Assembly: GCF_009834535.1 (NCBI RefSeq)
Contig: NC_045697.1
Coordinates: forward strand, 103,294,001 to 103,358,000
DNA from: Camelus ferus
Lineage: Eukaryota
Reading direction: 5' to 3'
DNA length: 64,000 nt
The position numbers and the translations under genes were made by a program. The notes below the pieces were generated by a model. The model saw only the letters and a list, made by a program, of their open reading frames with translations. It was not told where the DNA came from and ran no database searches. Shown one piece after another: positions 25,480-36,540 of this stretch; positions within the stretch are counted from its first letter, which is position 1; every line of letters starts with the position of its first letter.

Positions 25480-26679
25480 GTATGATGGACTCTGGCTCCT
25501 AGACTAGGCCCTACTGGATGAGGTCCTGGAACACGGGATGTGAGAAAACACTAAGATGCTCCCACCCTTTGAGGTTCCCTTTGAACAACAGCCTGACTTC
25601 TTTCCATGGACCACCTCCCTCTCCATCCTCTTTATAGCACTATGGAGCTGGTTGTGAATTTGCAAATCTTTTTTTTTTTTATGTTATACGGATTTTTAAC
25701 ATAAAAGGGTCACGCTGTGTACGTTGTTCTGCCAGTTGCTTGCAAGTCTTTTTTAACCTCTGAAAATCTGACTTCCAGAATATGATGGATGGAATATCCT
25801 TCTTATCATCTGCCATGAATGCATTGTGGGTGACACAAAGATAAAGACATCGTAAAGGAAACATTATCTCCTCCCCTCACAGCCACCTGAAACATAGCTG
25901 AAGAGGCAAGACTAATACACAAGCAATAACACAAGCATCCACCTGGATGTTAAGATTCTAAGTATCACTGAAGCTGGGGGGTAAGGGGGTGGCTATCACA
26001 GCAACGGGAGCCCAACGTTGCTACAAATTCTCTACAAAGATACAGAAACACTGGGGGTTAGAGGTGCATTAAAATAGTTATTTTAATAACATTATTAATT
26101 CTTTTTAGTAGAAAATCCTCTCCCCCTCCCTCATTTTATCTAATAGGAGAAAGATATACAGAACTCCATGGTTCAAAGGGCCAGACTCCTGGAACAAGAG
26201 TGAAGGCAGGTGAATGGAAATGAGGGGGTGTGTCTATGAGCTGGTGAACGCTGTCGGCATTTTTCTTGAGAGGAGTGGGGACACTGTTACTCAGCAGAAA
26301 GGAGCCAGGCAGGGGCACAGCCTGACGCAGGAGGTATTGGAAGAGCCCATTAACGCCTTGAAGACCTGGGCGGTGGGGGGTGGTCCTGGGGTGGGAAAGG
26401 TGGCAGGCAGGGAGCTGGAGGGAGCCGTAGGGAGCCGTGTGAGGTCACAGCCAGGAAAAGATGCCCTTCGAAGGGATGGACTGTGGGTGTATTCTGAAGA
26501 CACAAAAAATTGAACCAGATGAGTGACTGAATTAGTATGCATTTTTAAATGATGCCATGGTTTGAAGCCAAGGAAAACAAACAGTGAAGCAGACGGAGGT
26601 AAGTTTCTTTGCTCAACTGAGGGAAAAAAAAAAATTAGGTAAGAGCTAATTCAGTGATCAGGAGCCAAGCTTCCCAGTT

Positions 26680-26830
26680 AGGCAGAGTCAAATCTTTGCT
26701 CCATGCCTTGTAGCCGAAATGTTTTAACTTCAGCTTCCTCATCTGTAAAATAGGTGTGATATTAATAGTGCTATTGAGGGCAGGGGGGTAAATGAGAAAT
26801 TCCATCAAGTTGCTGGCACAGTGCCCGGCT
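26680..26830. mobile_element. MIR relic
   Basis: cagcttcctcatctgtaaaataggtgtgatattaatagt...ggcacagtgcccggc MIR core. Confidence 0.6.
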
Positions 26831-27399
26831 CATTGTAAACCCATTTGATCAGTAACGAGGCTCAGGATAGCAAGACTAGAAGCAGCAGCGAGAGCAACAG
26901 AGTAGTAAGTGGAAGGAGATGTACTTCTGGGGGAAGGAAGAAAATGACCCGGATTCAGTTTTGCAGAAAGACAGACTTTGACCAATTTTCCCAAGAGTTT
27001 ATCAAGACAAAAAATTATCCTGAGGGTGATTCCAGAATGAGGTAAACTGTCTCCAGCACAGTGAGGAAAGAAACATCTGGATTCCGGTGGTGCCCCTCCT
27101 ACAGTATTTATTTCCAGTCTTGGTTTCCGCATCTACACGCTTGCAGCAAGACGACGTACTTGAAAATGCACTGTAACTGGACTTACTGTGACTACTCTGT
27201 TTGCACTAAATAATGCCCGAAAGGCCTAGAAGTGTTAGTGTAGCTTCCAGCGGTGTCTAACACACAACATTCAGAGACCGGCTCCCTGGCAGGGGACTGT
27301 GGCTAACTCTACAACAACAAGAGCAGAAACAGAGCCAAGTTCCGGCTTTATAGCTTCCTGACTTTGTGATGTGTTGATTAGGCAGCCTGGGGGAGGGAA

Positions 27400-27560
27400 C
27401 ACTGGAATGTGGCTGCCTGGATTAGACTCCCAATACCACCACTTATTTGCTGTGTAAACGTGGGCAAGTTGCTGAACCTCTCTGTTTCTCAGTTGTCATC
27501 TGTAAAATGGGAATACTAATAGTCTCTCCCTATCGGGTTGTTATGAGTTCAAATGGGTGA
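27400..27560. mobile_element. MIR relic
   Basis: gctgtgtaaacgtgggcaagttgctgaacctctctgtttctcagttgtcatctgtaaaatgggaatactaatag MIR core. Confidence 0.7.
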
Positions 27561-29081
27561 CAGGGCACAGAGTAAGCATGACGATGTAAGGGACCGTTCT
27601 GGAAAAATCATAAACAATGAGTAAATGTCACCAAGTCTCCGTCCCTGGAAGTTGGAGCCCATGAGCGTGTAACTTCAGGCTCCACATTCTTGTAATGACA
27701 CCTGCTCCCTCCTGTGACTCAGATCAGCCCTTGTGTCTTGTGAAGGGGGCAAGTCACCGAAAAACAGGAAAGAGTCACACGCTCCCTCTCATATGAATCA
27801 CCCACCACGGTCAGTAAAATCCAGGATTTCAAAAGGGCACTCAGGCTGCCTGCACATACGAGGCCCCTCAATGCAGCTTCTGACACTGGGAATTTTAGTC
27901 ACGTGGTCAGTGAGGGCCCATGGTGAGAAAAGCCAGGCAGGCTAAAAAGGGCCAAACTGAAGATGCAGAGGAAGGCTGCCCAGAATAAACTCATTGGGGA
28001 AGGCACACTTAGGCTTGGGGAGAGCCCGGGCTGTGGGCACTGAAGCCTTAGGGCGTGAGTGGCAGAGGGACAGCATTTCCTTGGCAAGAAGGCTCATTGG
28101 TTAACATGTTTGACAGAAAGCCAATCCGAGCCGCCAGGTGATAAGGATGCCTGGTTTACCGGGCATCTCTCGTCCCTCCTCCTTCAGCAGCACAAACAAA
28201 GGTATCACAGGACAGGGAGATGTCATTTAGAGATGAACTGTACTGTAAATTCAGATGCACAAAATTGTGGGAAATAGATGGAGGTGGCAGAACAAAGGCC
28301 TAGGGGAAACTGCAAGACACAACACAAACATGTGCACCAGCTCCCCTGCGTTTATTCACGAAAACCTTCCTACTTGAGGGCTGAGCTCCTAACCAGTACG
28401 GAACAGTTCAGCTTGGAGCCATTCGCAAGTCACTGCTTTTCAAAAGTCCATCTCTCACGGTGAAAACGTTTTCGGTCTCAACTTAATGAAATTAAGAGAC
28501 GGTGGGAGACAGTATAAAAAAAAAATTTTTTTTTTTGGCCAGTTTCCAAACAAAAATAGTTGAAATGACTCATATATTTTATTTTCACAAAACCAGGGAC
28601 AGAAAGATAAAAAGATATTCCCAGCCCACAACTGAGGTGCCAAGTTTCTGTCAACTGCTTGGTTCTAATTTGGAGAGTTAGAATTAAATGTTATATCTTG
28701 AAAAGTGTAGTTTTCAGAAAGGGAGGTGATGTAAGGCTGAACGGAGCAGGCAACTTTTAAGCAGGCATCTAATGACGTTACCCTTAGTCGCTAGTTCTAG
28801 ATAAGCCTGGAAACTTTCTAATTCCAACTGGAGAATGTTGAGGTGCTTCTTTTAATTCTCCTGTCATGAGGCCCCACGAGGGAAAACACGGGACTCTGTG
28901 ACCGTGACTCACCCAGGCCTCCGGTTCATGTCAACCTTGACCTATGCTGAATGCCTCAGCGCCATCACACAACACCAGGGCCTTTTCATGGTCTGGGAGA
29001 GAAAGTCAGGGGAAAGAAGTGTACTGAAAAAACAAAACAAAACAAACAAAACAACCCAGGTACCAACTGTATCTTCCACGT

Positions 29082-29260
29082 CAGTGGTCCTAGTCCTGGC
29101 TGCATTTTAGAATCTTTTGAAGATTTTAAAGAAAACACCAGTGTCTAGGTCTTATCCTAGACCAACTAAATCATAACTTCTGGTAGTGGGGCTAGACCCT
29201 GGCATTTAAAAAAAAAACTTCCCAGGTAGGTCTGATGTGCGGTGAAGGTGAGAACTGCTG
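29082..29260. mobile_element. MER5-like hAT-Charlie MITE
   Basis: cagtggtcctagtcctggctgcattttagaatc...cccaggtaggtctgatgtgcgg...gagaactgctg. Confidence 0.65.
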
Positions 29261-31710
29261 CTGGATCAGGGAGAACGGGCAGAGAGGCAGCAGAACCTGA
29301 GCACGCCTCTCCCCCGCACGGCCCCGGTCACGCGACCACTGAATCACTTGCCCTGACGTGCAACAGTCTGCTTCTGTCTCCTGGCTCCCAAGAAAGATCT
29401 ATGCAAATACGGAGGGCTGCAGCCCTCAAAGGCCTGCCTCCCATGCCGAAAGAAACTCGGAGCAAAGTTTCCAAAATCATCTTTTCCGTCAGCCCAGAAA
29501 GCCAGCAACAAACAGGGGCTGCCCCAGCCTCTTCCCTGAATCAATTACGGGGCTGAGCCCAGGAAGCCTCGCTCCCAGGGAACAGCATCAATCTTGGGGG
29601 ACCAAGGAATGTTCAGTGTGGGTTCAGGCAGAAGAGCGGACGACGGTTCAGGGAAGGGGTCTGATTTCACAATCATAGACACTGGGAAACCTCAAAACGG
29701 GGGCAGTGGAGGGGGTTGGGGGAGGCTTGAGAGTCCGTTTAAAACAGCATTCCACCAGCGATTTTTTAATCCTACTGGGTTCCCTGAAGTCGTTTTTCTG
29801 TTTCGTTTCAGTTGAAGGAGCAAGAAAGACTCCCCTTAATAGCCGAGCAAGAAAGAATCAAGTGTTTTCCATCTCTCTTTTGGAAACAAGTAGGTACGTA
29901 CACGCTTGAATTTGTCACTGTGCTCCGGGTCCGCAGGCGGTGATGTGGCTGGCACAGAGGCTCCCGGACCCGGTGGCCACAAACAGCTGCACCCGACAGT
30001 CCCAGCAGGTGCACGCACAGAGCCAGCTCAAAAATCCACGGCGAGAACAATGGCGCCGTTATGACGCCGAGGGACCGGGCCCGACGCTAGCCATGACTGC
30101 CCGACATCTGATGAGGGAAAGAGCCAGGAACTCAGCCTCAGCTCCTGGGGCTTTGGCCTTCGGGTCCCGAGATCACAGCCACAGACACAGCCAGGTGGAG
30201 CGCCCCAGGGACAGCAGCTGTCAAGTACAGGGCCCCACTAACCGGAGAGGGAGTGGAATTAAAAAAAAAAAATCTCCCCAAGACAATGTATTCCTTTCCT
30301 TTCCACACATCTCCTCCTCCCGTGGGCTGCACTGCCACAGTCACCAAGTTTACATTTACATCCTGATACGCTCACAACACAGAAAAATTACCGATGCATC
30401 TCACTCCCCGGTGACTTTATAACAGGTTGCTAGGTAACAGTGCACACAAGTCAGGTTTCAGGACCTCTAGTAAGCCACCATAAAATAGCTGCATGGGCCT
30501 TTTGCATAAACAGCAGTGCATTTGTTATCTGTTTTCTTATGCCAATTGATCAGTTGGTAAATACAGCCACTGCCAAATCGTAAACAAGTCCCCATCAATA
30601 GCCAATTGAGAAAACAGATCACAGTATGAGGCTTGCGTACACAGTCTTTCACCCTAGCCTACTGACCAGCTTCTCCTCCTGCATTTTTCCAGTTTGCAAG
30701 CCTGGCTCTCAGCAGCCGCAGGCCTTATCTTCCGCTCCCTGAGATTGGGTCTGGGCCTCGTTACAGCCTCAAGTGAGGCACTCACAGCTGAGCCCAGTAG
30801 AAGTATCACCAAACCTTCCTCCATCACCCCCTCCCTTTTCCTCTGGATTTAAAAACTTTCTGGAGTTCTGGAGTAAAGGGAGTAACCACTTCGTAAGAGT
30901 TCCACTGAGTTTTCCCCTGTCTGCTAAGTAAGGACATGTCCCTCCTTCCAAGCTATGCTTAGTGAAGACGCCATTGCAGACCCTCCCTTGGGAAAGCACC
31001 AGAAGAGCCCAGAAAAGGAGTCCCTTTTGCTTTCACGTTGGTGGGAGAGACCACGAAGGAAGACCCAGAGATCTTCTGGAAGAGAAAACTAAAGGACCAG
31101 CAACAAAAGGAAAACAAGAAGTCTGCATTTCCCCGCGTTTGCAAAGACGTTTAAAGATAACACTCATCTCCCCCCAGGTTGGGATGGAGAAGGGAGAAGG
31201 CAGGGAAGACCGTTTAATTCCTGCGACCGGATCATTTCCTGGGTTGGACGTCCTCATTCGCCTTGCAGGGTGTGATGCCTCATTGTAACATCATCACCTC
31301 AGTTCATTTCTGCAATGCCTCATTTCCATCCCCTATCTTTCCTCGTTTCTTCCAACCAGCGCTGTGCACTCCTGAGGGGCAAAGATCTGGGGGTGATGGG
31401 GACATTCCAGAAGATCTGACTAAAGTGTCACTGAGCAAAGGGACTTCAGAGTGAAGCAGAACCTCTAATTCACCTGGCGATGACATTTAGTGAAATGCGA
31501 CTCACGGTCCATTTAAAGGAAGGCAGTAACCAATTATTCTCCATTTAAAAGGGTATTGTCAATCTCCAAAGAGCTGAAATGGCATTTGGAAATCATCGTG
31601 GAGACTGCCATCTTCACTGAAAGACAGAACCAATTCTCAGCCGACCTTTGCCCGCCCTCCACATCTCTTTTAAAATTTAAAATCAGACTTTAAAAAATGA
31701 AGTAAGTAGC

Positions 31711-31785
31711 AGCACCTCCATTAAAATAAAAAAAAACCTAATTACCTCCCCCCAATAAATAAACAAAATAAAAAATTTTAAAAAC
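31711..31785 (+). mobile_element. 5'-truncated tRNA-Ala SINE (3' tail only)
   Basis: agcacctccattaaaataaaaaaaaacctaattacctcccccc...A-rich has the same tail motif as the copies at 2166, 6539 and 52841. Confidence 0.65.
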
Positions 31786-32014
31786 AGCACTTCCTCAACA
31801 TCTCTATACCTCTCTATTCAATTCCATGACGCAAATAAATTGGGGGGAAAAAAAGGCAAAAAGTAAAAGAAACATCACATATAATTTGACAGTCAAAAGT
31901 GATATCAATTAGTAATAAAATTTTTATAACATACTCTATCTTCTTTCTAAAAGGCATTGGGGCAGTGGGAAAAGAATGTTTCAAATTTTTCTTTTAAACT
32001 CCACTCGACATGAG

Positions 32015-32260
32015 TAGTTAGGTTCACAGAGACAGAAAGCAGAATAGTGGTTACCAGGGGCGGAGGGGAGGGTGGAATGGGGAATTCTTGTTTCCTGGGT
32101 ACAAGATTTCAGTTCAGGATGATGAAAAAAGTTCTGGAGATGGATGGTGGTGATGATTACACAACCATGTGAATGTACTTCATGCCAAACAACCATATAC
32201 TTAAAAATGGTTAAAATGGTAAATTTCATGTAGGTATATTTTACCACAATAAAACATTTT
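32015..32260 (+). mobile_element. Old L1 (L1MA/MB-like) 3' UTR
   Basis: agagacagaaagcagaatagtggttaccagggg...aaaagttctggagatggatggtggtgatgattacacaac...tattttaccacaataaaa. Confidence 0.85.
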
Positions 32261-32733
32261 CCATTGGGAAAAAAAACCCCAAACTTAAAGACAATATTTA
32301 TCACTTGCTCAAATTTAACAACTCTCTAATTCTTAATAGTAGTCTCTGTACATATGTCCTTTTAAAAAAATCTTTCAAATTTAGGCAATAAAAAACCTGA
32401 ATCATGCAAGACAAATGTCCCACATAAGCAGGTTAAAGAACCCAATGGAGAGACAAGCTCACTAGAGCCCAAGGTCACACAAAGAACCCAAGGTCATCAA
32501 CCTGCTCACCCTGTGACTTGTCCCCCACCGCGAGAACCCATACGGGGGGAAACCAGAAGGAAATCAACAGTCCTTGTTGTTTTGAGACCCAAACCCTGAC
32601 AGCCATGCCTACGTCCAAAGGGCTGCAAAACACAGTTTCAAGGAGACAACGTATGAGAGTGCAAACAATTGGAATTTACAGGGACCCTTGAAATCATCTA
32701 GTCCTACCAGCTCACTTTACAGATGAGAATACT

Positions 32734-32765
<32 letters not shown>

Positions 32766-32775
32766 AGAGAGAGAG
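32734..32775. repeat. (GA)n / (TC)n microsatellite just downstream of the probable exon-4 donor
   Basis: gagagagagagagagagagagagag gtggggg agagagagag. Confidence 0.9.
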
Positions 32776-32794
32776 GACAACCCTCTTCAAGTAC

Positions 32795-33275
32795 CTGACA
32801 GCTTCATGAGAAAATCAGACGCCATCTTAACAGAGATGTCCTGGCTGAACAATGCGGACGCACTGTTGGCCACGTACTCGGAGGGGTCTCTCAGCTTTGT
32901 GTGGTTGGCCGGCCTGTCGGTAGCATTCAGAGTAAAGGAGGTTGGCAGGCCGTTATCTTCCTTGGGCTCCTCCTTCACCAGCAAAGGCGAGACGCCAGCC
33001 CCACCCTGGCTAGTCCTCTCTGGAGTGCTGGACGTCATCATGGTCCCCACTAGCTCTGTCCCTCCTCCTTCCCTTTGCTGCCCCAGGCAGGCACTGTCAC
33101 TGAGGTGGGGAGATCCCTTGACATCAGGGTCTGGGATCTCCTCCTTCACCTTGGCTTCTGTCCTCAGGAAGTGCTGATGGCAACGCATGTGGAGTTTCAG
33201 GCTGAAGTGGCGGGACGAGGTGAAAGGGCATAGCTGGCACTGAAAGGTCTCTCCCCGGTCCTGGTGCTGATGAAC
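32795..33275 (-). CDS. ZNF827: ZNF827 coding exon (probable exon 4), 481 nt, phase 0-1; end of finger 2, finger 3, VKEE motifs
   Basis: Lies within ORF 32787..33356(-). Acceptor cttcctcgccag|GTTCAT; donor CTGTCAG|gtactt. Encodes VHQHQDRGETFQCQLCPFTSSRHFSLKLHMRCHQHF...SQDISVKMASDFLMKLS. Confidence 0.95.
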
Positions 33276-36200
33276 CTGGCGAGGAAGCAAGAAGAATGAG
33301 CTAGCCACCACGTGCTCATGGAAAACAGCCAGACTGCTCATCAACCATCTCTGCACGGTACAAAGGGCTGGCCCAGGAAATCAAATCACCAGGGGAGCAT
33401 TTCATTACGTGCTGCAAGTAAGGAGGGGCATCTCTCAACAGAAAGCGGGTCCACGTAGGTCACAACTGAGGATGCTATCTGCCAACAGAGGCCGTTCAGG
33501 GTAACCTCCTAACAGTTTACTCATCCCAACCCTGGTTGATGTCTTCAGAGGAAATATAAACCCAGCACAATTTGAACTTGCATAATTACTAGTGGAGGTG
33601 GGGGGGTCAAAAGAGGTAAACTGTCAAGTAACTCCTCTCACAATATAACACACCGCATGGACCCAATTATTACCGCCCAGAGAATTCGCTGTGTTTTGCA
33701 AACATAATTTCAATTTTCAAAAAACGCTTCTTTAAATAATTAAGAATGTGGAAAATAACGCTTCCAGGGTATTCCCGTTTCATAGACAGAGAAATCGAGA
33801 CCCTGGAAGGAGTGGCTGGAGCAAAATCACACCTAAAGAAAATAGAGGGGGAGAAAAACCAGGGGCTGACCCCCACCCAGCAAGATGAAACAGGTGTTTC
33901 CAAACGTGGTCCTTTCAGGCTCCAGATTCTGACATCTGCAATGAAAGAACGCAGACTTTTAAACCCAGTTCCAGTCTGACATGCACAATACCTGCAAGAA
34001 TGGCAAGAAACCTTTTTTCTTCCTGTCACTGCCAAATTTAGTGCCTGAAACAGTGAGGAAATCATTGCATTGGCCCAAGCAAGGCTTCGAGCTGGCCGGT
34101 GCTCGGACGCTTGTAACTTCCCCATTCATCTCTGCCAATGCGCTTCAGTGCTGACCAGCTACACCCTGCTATTTCAGGACTGGCCCTCCCTTGAGTAGAA
34201 ACTGCCAATTGTGCAGATTTGAGCCAAAAGATTTGGGGAGTTGTGTGATTTGGACCCACAAGTGGATGGGATTCAAAACCCAAATCAAACTGACCCCTCA
34301 TCTTTCACTGGTGACCTAGGCGGGATTTGAACCCGGGTCTAACAAAGGTTAAAGGTCAAAGGTCCCTCATCCACCGCCACCACCTGGCCCCTCTTGTGCA
34401 GGCTTCCTTTCCAAGAGAGCAAGTTTTACTACAGCTGTTTATGCATTCTGAGTGCAATCCAAAAGCATTATTCACCAGCCAAAACATACTTTTAAATAAT
34501 GTTAAGTGACCAACAAAAGCAAAGAAATTAAAAGTTAATGGTGAGATCCTGTCGCTACAGCACCCCACTGTGGCTTTTTGAAAAAAACAAGAGAAGAAAT
34601 TCTGGGTCCCCCAAAGTGTAAATTTCTCAACAGAGATAACGGGGTATAAACATCAACTCAGTGTCTGGCAAAGCCCTGCTCATTAAAAGGCTTCCCTTGC
34701 CAGGTCGGGAGGGTCTGGGAGTGGGGGGTGGGGACACACTCTTTGTCACTGGCTGTTAAGGTGACCAGTCTCTGTTCTTCCCCAGCAAAGGGCTTTCACT
34801 CTGGAACAGACTGAGTCATTTGCTTTCTCACAAAATCGTGACGATTCCCCAACCTTTTCTTCCACCCAATTCACACAGAAGCGGGCACCTTGGGGGCCTC
34901 GGGTCACAGCCCCAGGGGACCCTGACAGGTGCTGCCAAAGCTCGCCCCGGAACCAGGGGGTAAATAAAGGTCAGCGGGCAGAAAGCTTCCGAGGTCCCTG
35001 GGAGCGAGCAGGGCGGTGGGGCAGGTTCCACTTCAGGAGTGTCCTGATGTCCACTGCCCCAGGAGGGGAGAGGAGCTAATCCAGGAACAGAAGCTCTGGA
35101 AAGCAGCTTCTGGAAAAAAGGAAAAGGGCAGAGAGCGAGCCCAGGTTCTAAAATCGAAAAGGGAGTCCTGGATTCCAAAAGCGTCTGTGCCCCAGGACGG
35201 CCCAGGGCTTCTTTTCCACCCCATTCTGGCCTGGCTATATTTAGTTGTGCAAAGAACAAGTGACCGTTTAAAAGAAAAACACTGGATTCGGTGTTGACTT
35301 TCTCACTGAGAATTTTGGTTGAGCTAGACCATCCCCGGGGGGCTGGAGCTTGCTTTTGGCTTTGGAGGGAAGTCTCTCCCCTGCTCTCCAGACAGAAAAA
35401 CACTTTCTGGGATCATTCTGATTCTCTTTAGCCTGCATCGGCTTAAAAGCCCCTCTCGGTCTGCTAACGTGAAGAAAACGCTTGACTAAAGTGTGTTGTT
35501 CTTTCCAGGTCACGCAGAGACGTGCTTCCTGCTGGTCATTCTGCACCACGAGCACATGTCACCACCCTAAGAGGTGGGATGTAGAAGGCACTGTGACATC
35601 ATTGGGTCCATCTACTGGTAATAGTCAGACGCAAATGAGGACACTTTAGGAAACATCTCGTCCCCTCCGTAGGGGACGGGGCAGGCTGGGAGGGGGCTTC
35701 CTGAGGAGTCAGCCCCCTAGCTGGCAGGACTAAGACTAGAAGAAATCAGCACCCTGACCCTTGCCCCACTTCCTGCCATTCCTTCACCGAGGTTCTGGAC
35801 CTTAGTCCTCCTCACCTTCACTGTTCAATTTCAGCTAGCGAATTTCCCACTTAATTCCTGTATGATCCCTCATCCAGGAAAGTTGTAAAAGACTTAATGG
35901 AAATCTAAGATAACCCTGAGGAAGCGGGAGGCATTTACAGGCTCCTTCCGCAGCAAGCCATAAAAACATTCACATGATATATTAAGGAGGAAAGGCAGGC
36001 TTTCAGAAAATGTACAGAGCCTACACCCCAGCGAGCCCTATATTTGTTGAACAAATAAAGGAGAACCCCATTTTTCTTAAGTAAATCTATATAATCAAGG
36101 TAGAAGGACAGAGATTAGAATGATAATACTGGTTATTTCTGCGTGATGGGATGAAGGGTCAATTTCATATTCTTATTGTTTATCAGTTTTCCTTCATTTT

Positions 36201-36339
36201 CAACACAAAAGATATGTCGCAAAAAGAAAAAAGCAATAAAATTTAGAGTCCTTCTTTTCTGCCATGTCATTAATTTATTTCTCGATGTAAATGTCAGTAT
36301 ATATTCAGATGACTTTGGGATACTAATTACTACAGTAGC

Positions 36340-36540
36340 TGCATTTATTTTTTTTCACGCTGGGCATCATAGTAAGGGCTGTCTGTCCATTATCTCATTT
36401 AACCTTTATAACAACTCTGTGAGATAGATCATATGATTATTATCTCCATGAGTGGAAACAGAGGCTTAGAGAGGTTCAACGATTTGCCCAAAGTTCCACA
36501 GCTACTAAAACTAGTGGAACCGAGATTCTAACTAAGGTTT
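36340..36540. mobile_element. MIR relic
   Basis: ttatctcatttaacctttataacaactctgtgagatag...gaaacagaggcttagagaggttcaacgatttgcccaaagt. Confidence 0.65.

Noticed and set aside
29940..30422. 160-aa ORF, and other 60-190-aa intronic ORFs such as 34828-35403 and 33670-34125
   Set aside because: They have no recognisable domains or splice-consistent structure, and such ORFs are expected by chance in GC-richer intron or repeat DNA.
32469..32496. Tandem CCAAGGTCA (NR5A/ERR-type sites)
   Set aside because: cccaaggtcacaca is also the MIR core sequence, so a repeat relic or chance local duplication is at least as likely. There is no other support.
34260..34345. Pol III B-box-like gggatttgaacccggg
   Set aside because: There is no matching A-box or cloverleaf; it is consistent with a MIR-type remnant.
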